Shown: one piece after another, positions 50,496-60,092 of the stretch
How the letters are laid out: each line of letters opens with the position of its first letter
How positions within the stretch are numbered: position 1 is the stretch's first letter
From: Bacteroidota bacterium
GTDB taxonomy: Bacteria > Bacteroidota > Bacteroidia > NS11-12g > UBA9320
Assembly: GCA_024679565.1 (NCBI GenBank)
Contig: JAIBDD010000002.1
Location: 54,590 to 118,589 of the forward strand
Reading direction: 5' to 3'
DNA length: 64,000 nt
Translations under genes and position numbers: made by a program
Notes under the pieces: generated by a model
Told to the model about the DNA's origin: nothing
Database searches by the model: none
What the model saw: only the letters and a program-made list of their open reading frames with translations

Positions 50496-52738
50496 ACCCC
50501 TTTATTTGTTATCGTATCAACCAACCCTTTTGTAAACTGTAACAATTCTTCTACCTCGGTAGAACTTGCGAATCTGTAGTTTTGAAACACCAACAAACCA
50601 TTCTCATTTCCTTCAATATGGTACCTGTTGTTATCTGATAGGTATTGAATAATTTCTTTGGTAAAAAAGGTCTTTACTTTTTCTGGGTTCTGTCCTTTTA
50701 CAGCAAAATCATCTGTGAACTTTTCGTCGTCAAATGAAATTTCTTCTCGTTTAGCAAAATCCAAAATACGTTTTAGCCAACCTTCCTTTTCAATTTCGAA
50801 CCGTGGTAAATCAATATCTTGAAGCAACACTAACACAGCTGTTGTTTGATGCACCTCGGTAGCAAGAAATGCCCCCTCATCAAAAGTTATATCACAGATC
50901 TCCCATTTGACATTCGAGTCACCAAGAACGCCTTTAATTCGGTTTTTTGAAAACTCAATCGGTCTTGACTCAAACATCATGAACTTTCTAAACCTTGACT
51001 TACTCCACACAACGCTTGGATCAAACGTCCATTTATTTTTTGCCGATAACTCCTTTAACTTTTGTTGACGCTTACTTAAAAATAGACTTGTTTTGGGTGG
51101 CAATACATGTAGGCTTAGCGGGTGCTGAGAAGTAGTAACATGCATATCTAACCCAATAATGTCAAAAGTGCCCCCTTCGTTGGCATTTTTATCATCCCAG
51201 TCTTTCATGATTTCTAACACCGAGTGATCTACCAACCTTGCCTGTGAAAAATCAATAATCACATCGCGTCCATAACCAATTTGCTCCAATTGTTTCGACA
51301 ATTGTAAGACATTGGAAAAATTAGAAATTCCTTTAACTTTTAATATCACTTTGTTTTCGTCATCAGACACCAAATATTGCGGCTTGCGCAGGTACTTAAA
51401 AAACAAGTTTATGGGTATATGTGATTTTACCAGGTGGATTAAAAGGGTAATTAAAATACCCGCAATTAACCCTGTTTTTAAATCATATTGAAGTGTTGAA
51501 ATTATGGTGAAGGCAACGATAACTACCTGTTCGTATCCAAGTTTCATAGTGTCGCGGAACATTTTAGGGGAAGCTAGCTTGATCCCAGTAAAGACCAATA
51601 TTGCGGCTAACGCAGCCAATGGCACCATTTGAATTTCATCAATTAAGAAGAATACTAAAGCAAGCAAAATTAGTCCGTGAAAAAAGTTAGACCACTTTGT
51701 TCTTGCGCCGTGATTTATATTCAGTGAACTCCGAACGATTACCGTAATTACAGGCAAGCCTCCAACAAAACCAGCAACAATGGTACTTATTCCTGTGCCT
51801 ACAAGGTCTTTGTTAAGGTTGGTCAATCGTTTATGTGGATCTAGTTTGTCAACCGCCTTACAACTCGGTATTGTTTCAATTGTACTTACAAGAAAAACAC
51901 TTATCGCGGTAGCCCAAAAAACACCTGTCCCTATTAAGCTAAAGTCTGGCCGTAGGTTAAAACTCTCGGTTATGTCTGCAACCTGTATAAGGTTTTTGGG
52001 TCCGACCATATAGCCGTTTCCAAACAAGGAAATAACATGTTCTTCGGGTAATCCAAATATGAAGTAAAACGGAATGGCAATCAATAGCACAAGCATAGGT
52101 GCCGGTATATAGTGCAGCACTTTCAGCTTGTTGATAAACATTGGGTGCGTGATTAAAATGATTAAACTTATGATAGAAATAAACGCTATCGGCCAATTGA
52201 TGTTTTGGATATTACTTGGTAACGCGGTGATGCTATCTATGGCTGAAGCTTTCCCAAACCCCGTATCCAGTGCGATATGAATTTGACTTGCAAAAATGAT
52301 AATCCCGATGGCCGCTAGAACTCCCCTAACTACTGAGGCGGGCAATAACTCACCGTACTTTCCCCATTTTAGCAAACCCATTAAGGCCTGCATTGCTCCG
52401 GCAACCATAATTGCTGCCATATAATGATTGTAGCCTGATCCTCCTCCTGCTTTTGCTAATGTGACAACACCGATTAATGAAACACCAACCAGACCTGCGC
52501 CTGGCCCGTTGATTCCGACATTACTGCCTCGAATAAAAGTGGTAAGCAAACCTCCAATGATGGCGGAAATAACTCCAGCCATGGGTGGCACGGCAGAACC
52601 GGATGCGATAGATATGCCAAGCCCGAGGGGCAATGCAACTAGCGCAACGCTGATTGCAGCAATTAGGTCGTGTCTCCAGTTTTGCTTTAATCCAGCAAGA
52701 CCAGTTTTGGGTAGGTTTAATAAAAGAGGGTCGCTCAT
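50492..52738 (-). CDS. SulP-family anion transporter with STAS domain and extra C-terminal domain
   Basis: N-terminal WRHDLIAAISVALVALPLGLGISIASG is SulP-typical. STAS-like segment around VILKVKGISNFSNV...IIDFS. A further ~190 aa of unknown domain follow. Confidence 0.8.
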   Translation of the reverse strand: MSDPLLLNLPKTGLAGLKQNWRHDLIAAISVALVALPLGLGISIASGSAVPPMAGVISAIIGGLLTTFIRGSNVGINGPGAGLVGVSLIGVVTLAKAGGGSGYNHYMAAIMVAGAMQALMGLLKWGKYGELLPASVVRGVLAAIGIIIFASQIHIALDTGFGKASAIDSITALPSNIQNINWPIAFISIISLIILITHPMFINKLKVLHYIPAPMLVLLIAIPFYFIFGLPEEHVISLFGNGYMVGPKNLIQVADITESFNLRPDFSLIGTGVFWATAISVFLVSTIETIPSCKAVDKLDPHKRLTNLNKDLVGTGISTIVAGFVGGLPVITVIVRSSLNINHGARTKWSNFFHGLILLALVFFLIDEIQMVPLAALAAILVFTGIKLASPKMFRDTMKLGYEQVVIVAFTIISTLQYDLKTGLIAGILITLLIHLVKSHIPINLFFKYLRKPQYLVSDDENKVILKVKGISNFSNVLQLSKQLEQIGYGRDVIIDFSQARLVDHSVLEIMKDWDDKNANEGGTFDIIGLDMHVTTSQHPLSLHVLPPKTSLFLSKRQQKLKELSAKNKWTFDPSVVWSKSRFRKFMMFESRPIEFSKNRIKGVLGDSNVKWEICDITFDEGAFLATEVHQTTAVLVLLQDIDLPRFEIEKEGWLKRILDFAKREEISFDDEKFTDDFAVKGQNPEKVKTFFTKEIIQYLSDNNRYHIEGNENGLLVFQNYRFASSTEVEELLQFTKGLVDTITNKGV

Positions 52739-52800
52739 GAATAGGGCAAAATATCAAAACCAATCAAGAAGTCAAAATTAATTTCTTGATTAGGCCGAAA

Positions 52801-54102
52801 TTATGCCGTTGCCATCTTCTGACGGTCTGAATAAAGTGGGAACTGTCGCATCATTGCATTTACTTCCGTAGTAACCTCATTTAGAACACTTTCATCGTCA
52901 TGATTATTTAACGCACGGTCGATTAAGCTTACGATTGTCGCCATTTGCTCTTCCTTTAATCCACGTGTTGTAATGGCTGGGGTGCCAATGCGCATTCCTG
53001 ACGTTACAAACGGAGATCGAGTTTCTTGTGGAACGGTATTTTTATTGATGGTTATATGACATCGAACCAAGGTGTCTTCTGCCATGCGACCCGTTAAGTC
53101 TTCAAACTTTGTTCTCAAATCGATTAACATCAAATGATTGTCTGTTCCACCTGAAATGACTTTATAGCCACGTTTTTCAAATTGGCGTGCCATTTCTTTG
53201 GCGTTCAAAACGAGCTGTTTACAATAAGTCTTGTACTCTTCTGTATCTGCTTCTTTAAAAGCTACCGCTTTACCTGCAATAACGTGTTCTAAAGGTCCAC
53301 CTTGACTTCCAGGAAATACGGCAGAATCCAAAAGAGCCGTCATCTTACGTAAATTCCCTTTACGATCTCGTGTGCCTCGTTTGTTTTCGAAATCTTCTCC
53401 CACCATAATCATTCCTCCTCTTGGCCCTCTTAACGTTTTGTGGGTTGTAGTAGTAAGTATATGGCAATGTTTGACAGGGTCGTTTAGCAAACCTGTGGCG
53501 ATTAGCCCAGATGGGTGTGAAATATCTGCAAGCAAGATAGCATCTACTTTATCAGCAATTTCTCTAAACCTAGCATAGTCCCAATCTCTCGAATAACTTG
53601 ATGCTCCACAGATTATCAATTTTGGCTTTTCGCGTAGTGCTATTTCCTCAACGCTATCCATATCTACTAATCCAGTTTCATGGTCTATACCATAGTGGAA
53701 CGCAGTATATGTTTTTCCTGAAAAATTTACAGGTGAACCATGTGTTAAGTGGCCCCCATTCGATAAATCAAACCCAAGCAACTTTTCTCCTGGTTCTAAA
53801 CAAGCTAGCATAACTGCTGCATTGGCTTGTGAGCCAGAGTGTGGCTGCACATTCGCCCATGATACGCCGAACAACTTTTTTGCTCTATCAATGGCAATCT
53901 GTTCAACTTGGTCAACTACCTCGCAACCACCATAATAGCGTTTGCCAGGTAATCCTTCAGCATACTTGTTTGTCAATACACTTCCAACCGCCTGAAGCAC
54001 TTGTTCAGAAACAAAGTTCTCACTTGCGATTAACTCAATACCTTCTTGTTGACGGTGTAATTCTTGGTTGATTAAATCAAAAATCTCTGTATCCATTTCC
54101 AT
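52801..54102 (-). CDS. glyA: serine hydroxymethyltransferase
   Basis: Start set at MEMDTEIFD (54102). PLP-Lys region [16 protein letters not shown] and GlyA-typical length (434 aa). Confidence 0.95.
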   Translation of the reverse strand: MEMDTEIFDLINQELHRQQEGIELIASENFVSEQVLQAVGSVLTNKYAEGLPGKRYYGGCEVVDQVEQIAIDRAKKLFGVSWANVQPHSGSQANAAVMLACLEPGEKLLGFDLSNGGHLTHGSPVNFSGKTYTAFHYGIDHETGLVDMDSVEEIALREKPKLIICGASSYSRDWDYARFREIADKVDAILLADISHPSGLIATGLLNDPVKHCHILTTTTHKTLRGPRGGMIMVGEDFENKRGTRDRKGNLRKMTALLDSAVFPGSQGGPLEHVIAGKAVAFKEADTEEYKTYCKQLVLNAKEMARQFEKRGYKVISGGTDNHLMLIDLRTKFEDLTGRMAEDTLVRCHITINKNTVPQETRSPFVTSGMRIGTPAITTRGLKEEQMATIVSLIDRALNNHDDESVLNEVTTEVNAMMRQFPLYSDRQKMATA

Positions 54103-54215
54103 TTTATTGTACACACAAAGATAACTAAACCGCTGTGGTGTAAGCCAATTCTGTCTACAATTTATTAATTTGCGATTACTAACTACAGAAAGTAACATTT
54201 GAAATCATTGATATA

Positions 54216-57200
54216 ATGCGTAATTATCGTTCAGCTCATACTCTGCAAAATAGAAACTTGCTGCCCAACATTTTCCGATGGGCGTCTTCACTAATTTTCT
54301 TACTGTCCACATTTTCAGCGACTTACGGACAAGGCGTTGGTGTAAATGAGGATGGTACTGATCCGGACCCATCTGCCATTCTTGACGTAAAGTCAAATTC
54401 AAGAGGTATGTTGGTTCCACGACTCACAAAAGCCGTAAAGCTAGGAATACCCGGCCCTGCCAACGGTTTGTTGGTGTACCAAACCGACGACACGATTGGT
54501 TTTTGGTATTATGACATAAATAGGTGGAAACCCGTTTTTCAAAATATCACGGCAGGTAATGGCTTAACGGGCAACAAAATTGAAGGGTATGGCACCATTA
54601 ATTTAGAACCTACAGGAATTACGACCGGTCAATATGGAAATGCCGACTCTATACCACAGTTTACGGTTAATGCATTCGGACAGTTGGTGTTTGCGCGCAA
54701 TGTTGCTTTGCGAGAACAAGATGGCATTATTGGAAATGAAATAACAGACACCGCAAATAGTTTAGGACTGCTTAACAGAGCAGGTTCTGGAACCTCTGCT
54801 GATCCATACACCGTTGGTGTAAACAGTGGAAGTTCACAAAATGATATTTGGATGTGGGACGGCAACAATTGGGTGTTAACCCAGTTTCCATTTGAACAAG
54901 ACAGTATAATCGGAAATGAAATTAGTGATACCGCCCAATCTAGGGGCATATTGATTCGGAATGGTCGTGGAAACTCCGCAAATCCATACACACTAGGGGT
55001 AACAGCTGGTTCGGCTATCGGGGATGTTTTTATGTGGGACGGTAATAAGTGGGTTTCAAATCCCATTGTTTTCCCAACAGAACAAGACGGCATTATTGGA
55101 AACGAACTTACGGATACCACTAACGCTAGGGGCGTCATAAACCGTCAAGGAAGTGGCACCACAGCAAATCCGTATAAAATATCAGTAAACGCAGGAAACA
55201 ATGTCGGTGACGTTTGGATGTGGGACGGCAATAAATGGACGTCATCATCTGTCACTATTCCAAGCGAACAAGACAGTGTTATTGGAAACGAGGTAACGGA
55301 TACAATTAATGCACGTGGCGTGTTAAACCTCTACGGTTCAGGCACACAAACAAATCCATTAAAAATGGGAATAGAACCAGGCAACTCGACTGGTGATGTG
55401 TGGATGTGGAATGGCTCCTCTTGGGTGCCCTCTCAGATTACTCACCCACCAGTTATTATTCCAAAAGAAAAAGACAGTGTCATTGGTAACGAAATTGCAG
55501 ATACATTTAACACGTATGGTTTGATTGTCAGACAAGGCAGCGGAACAGATGTTGACCCTTATACCATAGGAGCAAAACCTGGAACCAGCGCAGGACAATC
55601 TTTAGTGTGGGATGGAACAAAGTGGGTGCTTACAACCATCGTTATTCCATTGGAAAAAGACAGTGTCATTGGTAATGAAATTGCAGATACACTGGGGTCT
55701 AATGGGATTTTAACAAGGGGCGGAACTGGGGTCGACGCAGACCCATTTACAGTTGGCATAAACAGTGGTTCAGCCTCCGGTGATGTTTGGATGTGGAACG
55801 GTACTTCTTGGGTGCCTACACAAATCACGCACCCAAATGAAGTGGATGGAATAATTGGTAATGAGTTGACTGATACAATAAACGCAAGAGGTGTTTTGCA
55901 GCGTTCAGGATCTGGAACGGTAGCGAACCCATACAAAATTGGGGTAACGACAGGTAAAAGCAACGGAGACGTATGGATGTGGAATGGCTCGAATTGGGTA
56001 CCGTCACAAATCGTTCACCCGAACGAGGTTGATGGTATTGTGGGTAATGAAGTTACAGACACCATTGCCAATGGCTTCTTAAACTTAACTGGTGCAGGTA
56101 CCGCAGCTAGCCCTAAAAAGGTGGGACTAAAGTCTGGTAATACAGTAGGAGATGTTATTGTTTGGGATGGCACAACATGGGTGCCCGGTTATTTAGACCG
56201 AAACACGTTGGATATGGCCTATGACGAAGGCGGTGCTGGAAATGGTAGGACAATTACCGCCGATAATGGCGCAGTAGAAATAAAAGGAGCTGATGGGTTT
56301 TTGGTTGACGGAAAAGTTGGGACAGGCGCTACAGCGGGTTCCATTGGTGCAAGTACACGTTTACACTTTAACCCAAGAACATCTGCATTTCGCGCAGGAA
56401 CTGCTGTAGCAACAGAGTGGGACGCAGCCAATTTGGGGCTTTACTCTACAGCTTTTGGATATGGCTCGCTTGCTTCAGATGACTACACATTTGCTGCCGG
56501 TAAAGGCGCAAGTGCCGTTGGTGATCACAGTATTGCCATCGGTGATAGTACAGTAACTCTACTTGAGTATTCCATTGCCATGGGAAATAGGTCGGTGACA
56601 GGTGGTAAAAACACAATGGCCATTGGAACAGGAAATACCGCATATGGTCAATACTCCTTTATTACAGGAATTAACTCTAGATCATTAGGTACAAATTCTG
56701 GAATATTTGGTGAAGAGTGTTTTGTATTAAGTGGATACAAACATGGCTATGCCTTTGGTCATAGAGATACCGTAAAGGGCGATTATGCTGTGGCCATCGG
56801 TCATAATGCATATTCTGAAGGAACTGGAGCGGTTGCCATTGGATTTAACGTGCGCACAAATAACCCGTATTCTGTCGCTATTGGAAACAATGCCGATGCT
56901 ATTGCTGACAGGTCTGTGGCTATAGGAAGCTTTGTGTCGACCAACCTAAAAAATGGCTCATTCATATTTGGTGACGGAAGTACAACAACAACCATGTTTA
57001 GTCCTGCTCAACACACCATGACTATGCGTTTTAACAACGGGTATAGACTTTACTCCAAATCAGATTTAACTACTGGTGTTTACATGCTGAATGGCGGTAC
57101 ATCATGGACTTCGGTTTCGGATAGAAACATGAAAGAAAATTTTGAAGATATAAATGGAGAAGACCTTCTCGATAAAATAGAAGATCTACCCATTACTAAA

Positions 57201-57464
57201 TGGAATTACAAAGGAAACCCCGATAGCGTTAAGTTCATTGGGCCAATGGCGCAAGACTTCCATAAATCTTTTGGTTTGGGTGGTTCTGACAGCCTTGGTA
57301 TTAGCACACTAGCTTTTGATGGTGTAAACATCGCAGCCGTGCAAGCTCTTATTGTGCGTACCAATAAGATAGAAAATTTAGAATCAACAATATCTAAACA
57401 AGGTGCTGAAATTAAAGCCCTAAAAGAAGAGATTGTAGCTATTAAGAATTTACTTAAAAAATAG
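54216..57464 (+). CDS. phage-tail-fibre-like secreted protein with 8 tandem ~62-aa repeats and a C-terminal peptidase S74 intramolecular chaperone domain
   Basis: Signal peptide (..STFSATYGQ). Conserved N-terminal block DPSAILDVKSNSRGMLVPRLT. Repeats EQDGIIGNEITDT...GSGT..NPY..GV..G...GDVWMWDGN.W. Hep_Hag/beta-helix-like AIG-rich region. C-terminus VSDRNMKENFEDI...KFIGPMAQDF... plus coiled coil matches the endosialidase/tail-fibre IMC domain. Confidence 0.75.
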   Translation: MRNYRSAHTLQNRNLLPNIFRWASSLIFLLSTFSATYGQGVGVNEDGTDPDPSAILDVKSNSRGMLVPRLTKAVKLGIPGPANGLLVYQTDDTIGFWYYDINRWKPVFQNITAGNGLTGNKIEGYGTINLEPTGITTGQYGNADSIPQFTVNAFGQLVFARNVALREQDGIIGNEITDTANSLGLLNRAGSGTSADPYTVGVNSGSSQNDIWMWDGNNWVLTQFPFEQDSIIGNEISDTAQSRGILIRNGRGNSANPYTLGVTAGSAIGDVFMWDGNKWVSNPIVFPTEQDGIIGNELTDTTNARGVINRQGSGTTANPYKISVNAGNNVGDVWMWDGNKWTSSSVTIPSEQDSVIGNEVTDTINARGVLNLYGSGTQTNPLKMGIEPGNSTGDVWMWNGSSWVPSQITHPPVIIPKEKDSVIGNEIADTFNTYGLIVRQGSGTDVDPYTIGAKPGTSAGQSLVWDGTKWVLTTIVIPLEKDSVIGNEIADTLGSNGILTRGGTGVDADPFTVGINSGSASGDVWMWNGTSWVPTQITHPNEVDGIIGNELTDTINARGVLQRSGSGTVANPYKIGVTTGKSNGDVWMWNGSNWVPSQIVHPNEVDGIVGNEVTDTIANGFLNLTGAGTAASPKKVGLKSGNTVGDVIVWDGTTWVPGYLDRNTLDMAYDEGGAGNGRTITADNGAVEIKGADGFLVDGKVGTGATAGSIGASTRLHFNPRTSAFRAGTAVATEWDAANLGLYSTAFGYGSLASDDYTFAAGKGASAVGDHSIAIGDSTVTLLEYSIAMGNRSVTGGKNTMAIGTGNTAYGQYSFITGINSRSLGTNSGIFGEECFVLSGYKHGYAFGHRDTVKGDYAVAIGHNAYSEGTGAVAIGFNVRTNNPYSVAIGNNADAIADRSVAIGSFVSTNLKNGSFIFGDGSTTTTMFSPAQHTMTMRFNNGYRLYSKSDLTTGVYMLNGGTSWTSVSDRNMKENFEDINGEDLLDKIEDLPITKWNYKGNPDSVKFIGPMAQDFHKSFGLGGSDSLGISTLAFDGVNIAAVQALIVRTNKIENLESTISKQGAEIKALKEEIVAIKNLLKK
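54714..56210 (+). repeat. in-frame tandem DNA repeat, 8 units of ~186 bp (one of ~204 bp), within the tail-fibre-like gene
   Basis: Recurring blocks such as gatgtttggatgtgggacggcaa and gaacaagacagtgtcattggaaacga at about 186-bp spacing. Confidence 0.75.
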
Positions 57465-57483
57465 AAAATAGCCCTTACGCTAA

Positions 57484-59787
57484 ATGAATAAACTGTTATC
57501 ATATATCGTTTTAACACTATCGGTATCTCCCGTATTTGCACAGGGCTGGGTTACCAAAGATGCCCATGTGGTGTTAAAAGATAATGCCCATGTGGTAATA
57601 CATGGCGCAACAGCAAATTATACCAGTAAAGGAACCGCCTTGGTTACTGCCTCAAACAACGGCACTGTGCACCTTGATGGAGATTGGAATAACATTGGAA
57701 CATCACCTGCAGTCGGAAACAACGACGGGACTGTAGAGCTAACAGGTAACAACCAGCAAATCATGGGTAGTCGGTCTACCTCATTTAATAACTTAACACT
57801 GTCGGGCGGCGGTATAAAGTCAATATTGGTTTCGACCCTCGTTGGTGGTGGTTTTTCGGGTGCCAAAAATGGTAAATTGGACTTAACCAACCGACACTTG
57901 TTGTTGAATTCCAATACTTTAATAATAAATAATCCGTCAGCGGGTGCCTTTTCCAGAACAAGCGGTTTGCTGCTTGGAGAAACGAATCCGAGTGTTGGCT
58001 ATAGCAAAGTACAATGGAATGTTAGGAGCGGTGTTCCTGGATCCCTACATAGCATACCCTTTGGCACGACCGATTTTCTGTATATACCCCTGTCGATTGA
58101 TGTTACATCAGCTGGCACACAAGTAGCCGATTCTGGATACATTGCGGTAGCCACCTACCCGACTAATACAACAGCCGTACCCAACAATAGGCCCTTACCA
58201 ATAGGTGTGCCTCATCTCGATAACCAATATAAAATTGAAAATGATACAAAAGCGCTAGACCGTTTTTTTGTTATTACAACCAATGGTTATACGTCTAACC
58301 CAATTGTTAAACTTGGGTTTACCTACGTCGATAGAGAGTGGGATGGCTCTGCAGGCGGCCTTAATGATATTATAGAAAAGGATTTGAAACCATCTCGGTT
58401 CGATGTGGGTTTTGCGTCTTGGAATTACAACATAAATGGGACCACGAGTGTTTCCAATAACGAAACGGTAACAGAAAATCTTAGAAGTTATTCCGGTGCG
58501 TGGGTGCTAAGTAATTACCCGTACTGTCCTGTTCCAAACTTTACCTTTAACAATGACTGTTATTTGGAACCCATTTTGTTTACAGACTCCTCCTATATTC
58601 AATTGGGGAGTATCGACACCTCCGTTTGGGAGTACGAAAACAATACTGCGCACAATGTTAATACATTGCTTCATGGCTTTAGCAGCGACGGCACCTTTAA
58701 CATAAAACGAAAGGTTCGTGGCAATCGTGGGTGTTGGGATTCCATTACCAAGTCTGTTCAGGTGTACCCCTTACCGCAAAGTAGTTTCATGCATAATGAT
58801 ACCTGTGCAAGCGATGTAACAAAGTTTACCTCGACGTCAACCTCAACTTTGGGTATGCCGTTAACGCAAGATTGGACTATTGATGGTTCAACATATAAAA
58901 CGGTTTCGCCAAATCATGCCTTCGGCACCACAGGCATAAAGGACGTTACCTTAATCACAAAAAACACGTTTAATTGCTTTGACACCTTGAATAGTTCTGT
59001 TGAAATTAAACCTTTACCAGAAATAATTTTCCGGTTTGAAAATATTTGTGAACGTCAGGATGCCTTTTTCTACGACAGCTCTAAAACCAAAGGGAGTATT
59101 GACGATTGGCGCTGGAAAGTCAGAGGAAAAATTGTTTCTTATCTACAAGACCATCAGCAAGTCTTCAATACGGCTGGAAGTTATCCTGTTCAATTACGTG
59201 TTCAAAATAGTTTCGGTTGCCTAGATTCAGTAGAGCAAAATATAACTGTATGGCCTAAAGCCAAAGCCAAGTTTGACCTTTTTCCAGAGGATATTTATAT
59301 CACAGATCCTTTCGTAAACTTTGTTGAAAGTGGCTCAGACGCAAATTCGTGGAATTGGTATTTCGGTGATTTTAGTCCAGAAGAATTTGGCCCAGAAGTA
59401 ATGCATCAATATTTAGACACTGGAATATTTAGAGCGAGGCTCATCGCCAATAACAACTTTCGATGTGCCGATACTTTTTATCGTACCGTTATCATTAAAC
59501 CTAACTTAAACATCTTCATACCAAATGCATTTAGCCCTGGCCCTGATAACGATGTAAACACCACATTTGGTCCTGGCGGCATGTTATATGGTATTAAGTC
59601 TTTAGATATGACCATTTACACAAGATGGGGTGAGAAAATTTACCACACCGATGACATTGAAAAACCTTGGAATGGAACATATCAAGGGGCATTGGTTCAA
59701 GAAGGAACTTACCTATACTTAATTACGGTTAAAAACGTCTACAACGACATATTTAGGTATTCCGGTTCGTTAACCGTGATACGCTAA
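57484..59787 (+). CDS. PKD-domain secreted protein with type-B T9SS (gliding-motility-associated) C-terminal domain
   Basis: Signal peptide MNKLLSYIVLTLSVSPVFAQ. PKD-like WNWYFGDFSP. C-terminus IPNAFSPGPDNDVNTTF...YTRWGEKIY...WNGTYQGALVQEGTYLYLITV matches the type-B CTD pattern (PNAFSPNGDGxND...RWG...WDGxxxG...GxYxY). Confidence 0.75.
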   Translation: MNKLLSYIVLTLSVSPVFAQGWVTKDAHVVLKDNAHVVIHGATANYTSKGTALVTASNNGTVHLDGDWNNIGTSPAVGNNDGTVELTGNNQQIMGSRSTSFNNLTLSGGGIKSILVSTLVGGGFSGAKNGKLDLTNRHLLLNSNTLIINNPSAGAFSRTSGLLLGETNPSVGYSKVQWNVRSGVPGSLHSIPFGTTDFLYIPLSIDVTSAGTQVADSGYIAVATYPTNTTAVPNNRPLPIGVPHLDNQYKIENDTKALDRFFVITTNGYTSNPIVKLGFTYVDREWDGSAGGLNDIIEKDLKPSRFDVGFASWNYNINGTTSVSNNETVTENLRSYSGAWVLSNYPYCPVPNFTFNNDCYLEPILFTDSSYIQLGSIDTSVWEYENNTAHNVNTLLHGFSSDGTFNIKRKVRGNRGCWDSITKSVQVYPLPQSSFMHNDTCASDVTKFTSTSTSTLGMPLTQDWTIDGSTYKTVSPNHAFGTTGIKDVTLITKNTFNCFDTLNSSVEIKPLPEIIFRFENICERQDAFFYDSSKTKGSIDDWRWKVRGKIVSYLQDHQQVFNTAGSYPVQLRVQNSFGCLDSVEQNITVWPKAKAKFDLFPEDIYITDPFVNFVESGSDANSWNWYFGDFSPEEFGPEVMHQYLDTGIFRARLIANNNFRCADTFYRTVIIKPNLNIFIPNAFSPGPDNDVNTTFGPGGMLYGIKSLDMTIYTRWGEKIYHTDDIEKPWNGTYQGALVQEGTYLYLITVKNVYNDIFRYSGSLTVIR

Positions 59788-59840
59788 ATCTGAGGGAACT
59801 TTATAATCGTTCCGTATTACTCAAAAACAAAAAGTTGAAG

Positions 59841-60092
59841 TTACACCTGTACTAGAACGTACTCGTAATGCTCCATTACTTGATTGGCCAATAACTCTTT
59901 ACAAGCTTTTTCAACTTGTGCTTTGGCTTGCGCCTCATCTGCTGCTTCAAGTTCAACCATAATGTGTTTTCCAATTCGCACATTATTGATGTCTTTTAAG
60001 CCCAACAAATGCATGCTCTGATGTACTGTTTTCCCTTGAGGATCTAATAAAGCCTTTTGGGGCATCACGTTAATTTCCGCTCTGAAAGTCAT
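59841..60092 (-). CDS. purS: phosphoribosylformylglycinamidine synthase subunit PurS
   Basis: 83 aa. MTFRAEINVMPQKALLDPQGKTV...HIMVELEA is PurS-typical. Confidence 0.85.
   Translation of the reverse strand: MTFRAEINVMPQKALLDPQGKTVHQSMHLLGLKDINNVRIGKHIMVELEAADEAQAKAQVEKACKELLANQVMEHYEYVLVQV

Noticed and set aside
54629-55963. Three long antisense ORFs (169, 79 and 134 aa) on the minus strand inside the tail-fibre-like gene
   Set aside because: They coincide exactly with the 186-bp tandem repeat array and are themselves repetitive (repeating PIMPSCS, PIILSCS and PIIPSTS segments). They are a by-product of the repeat, not genes.
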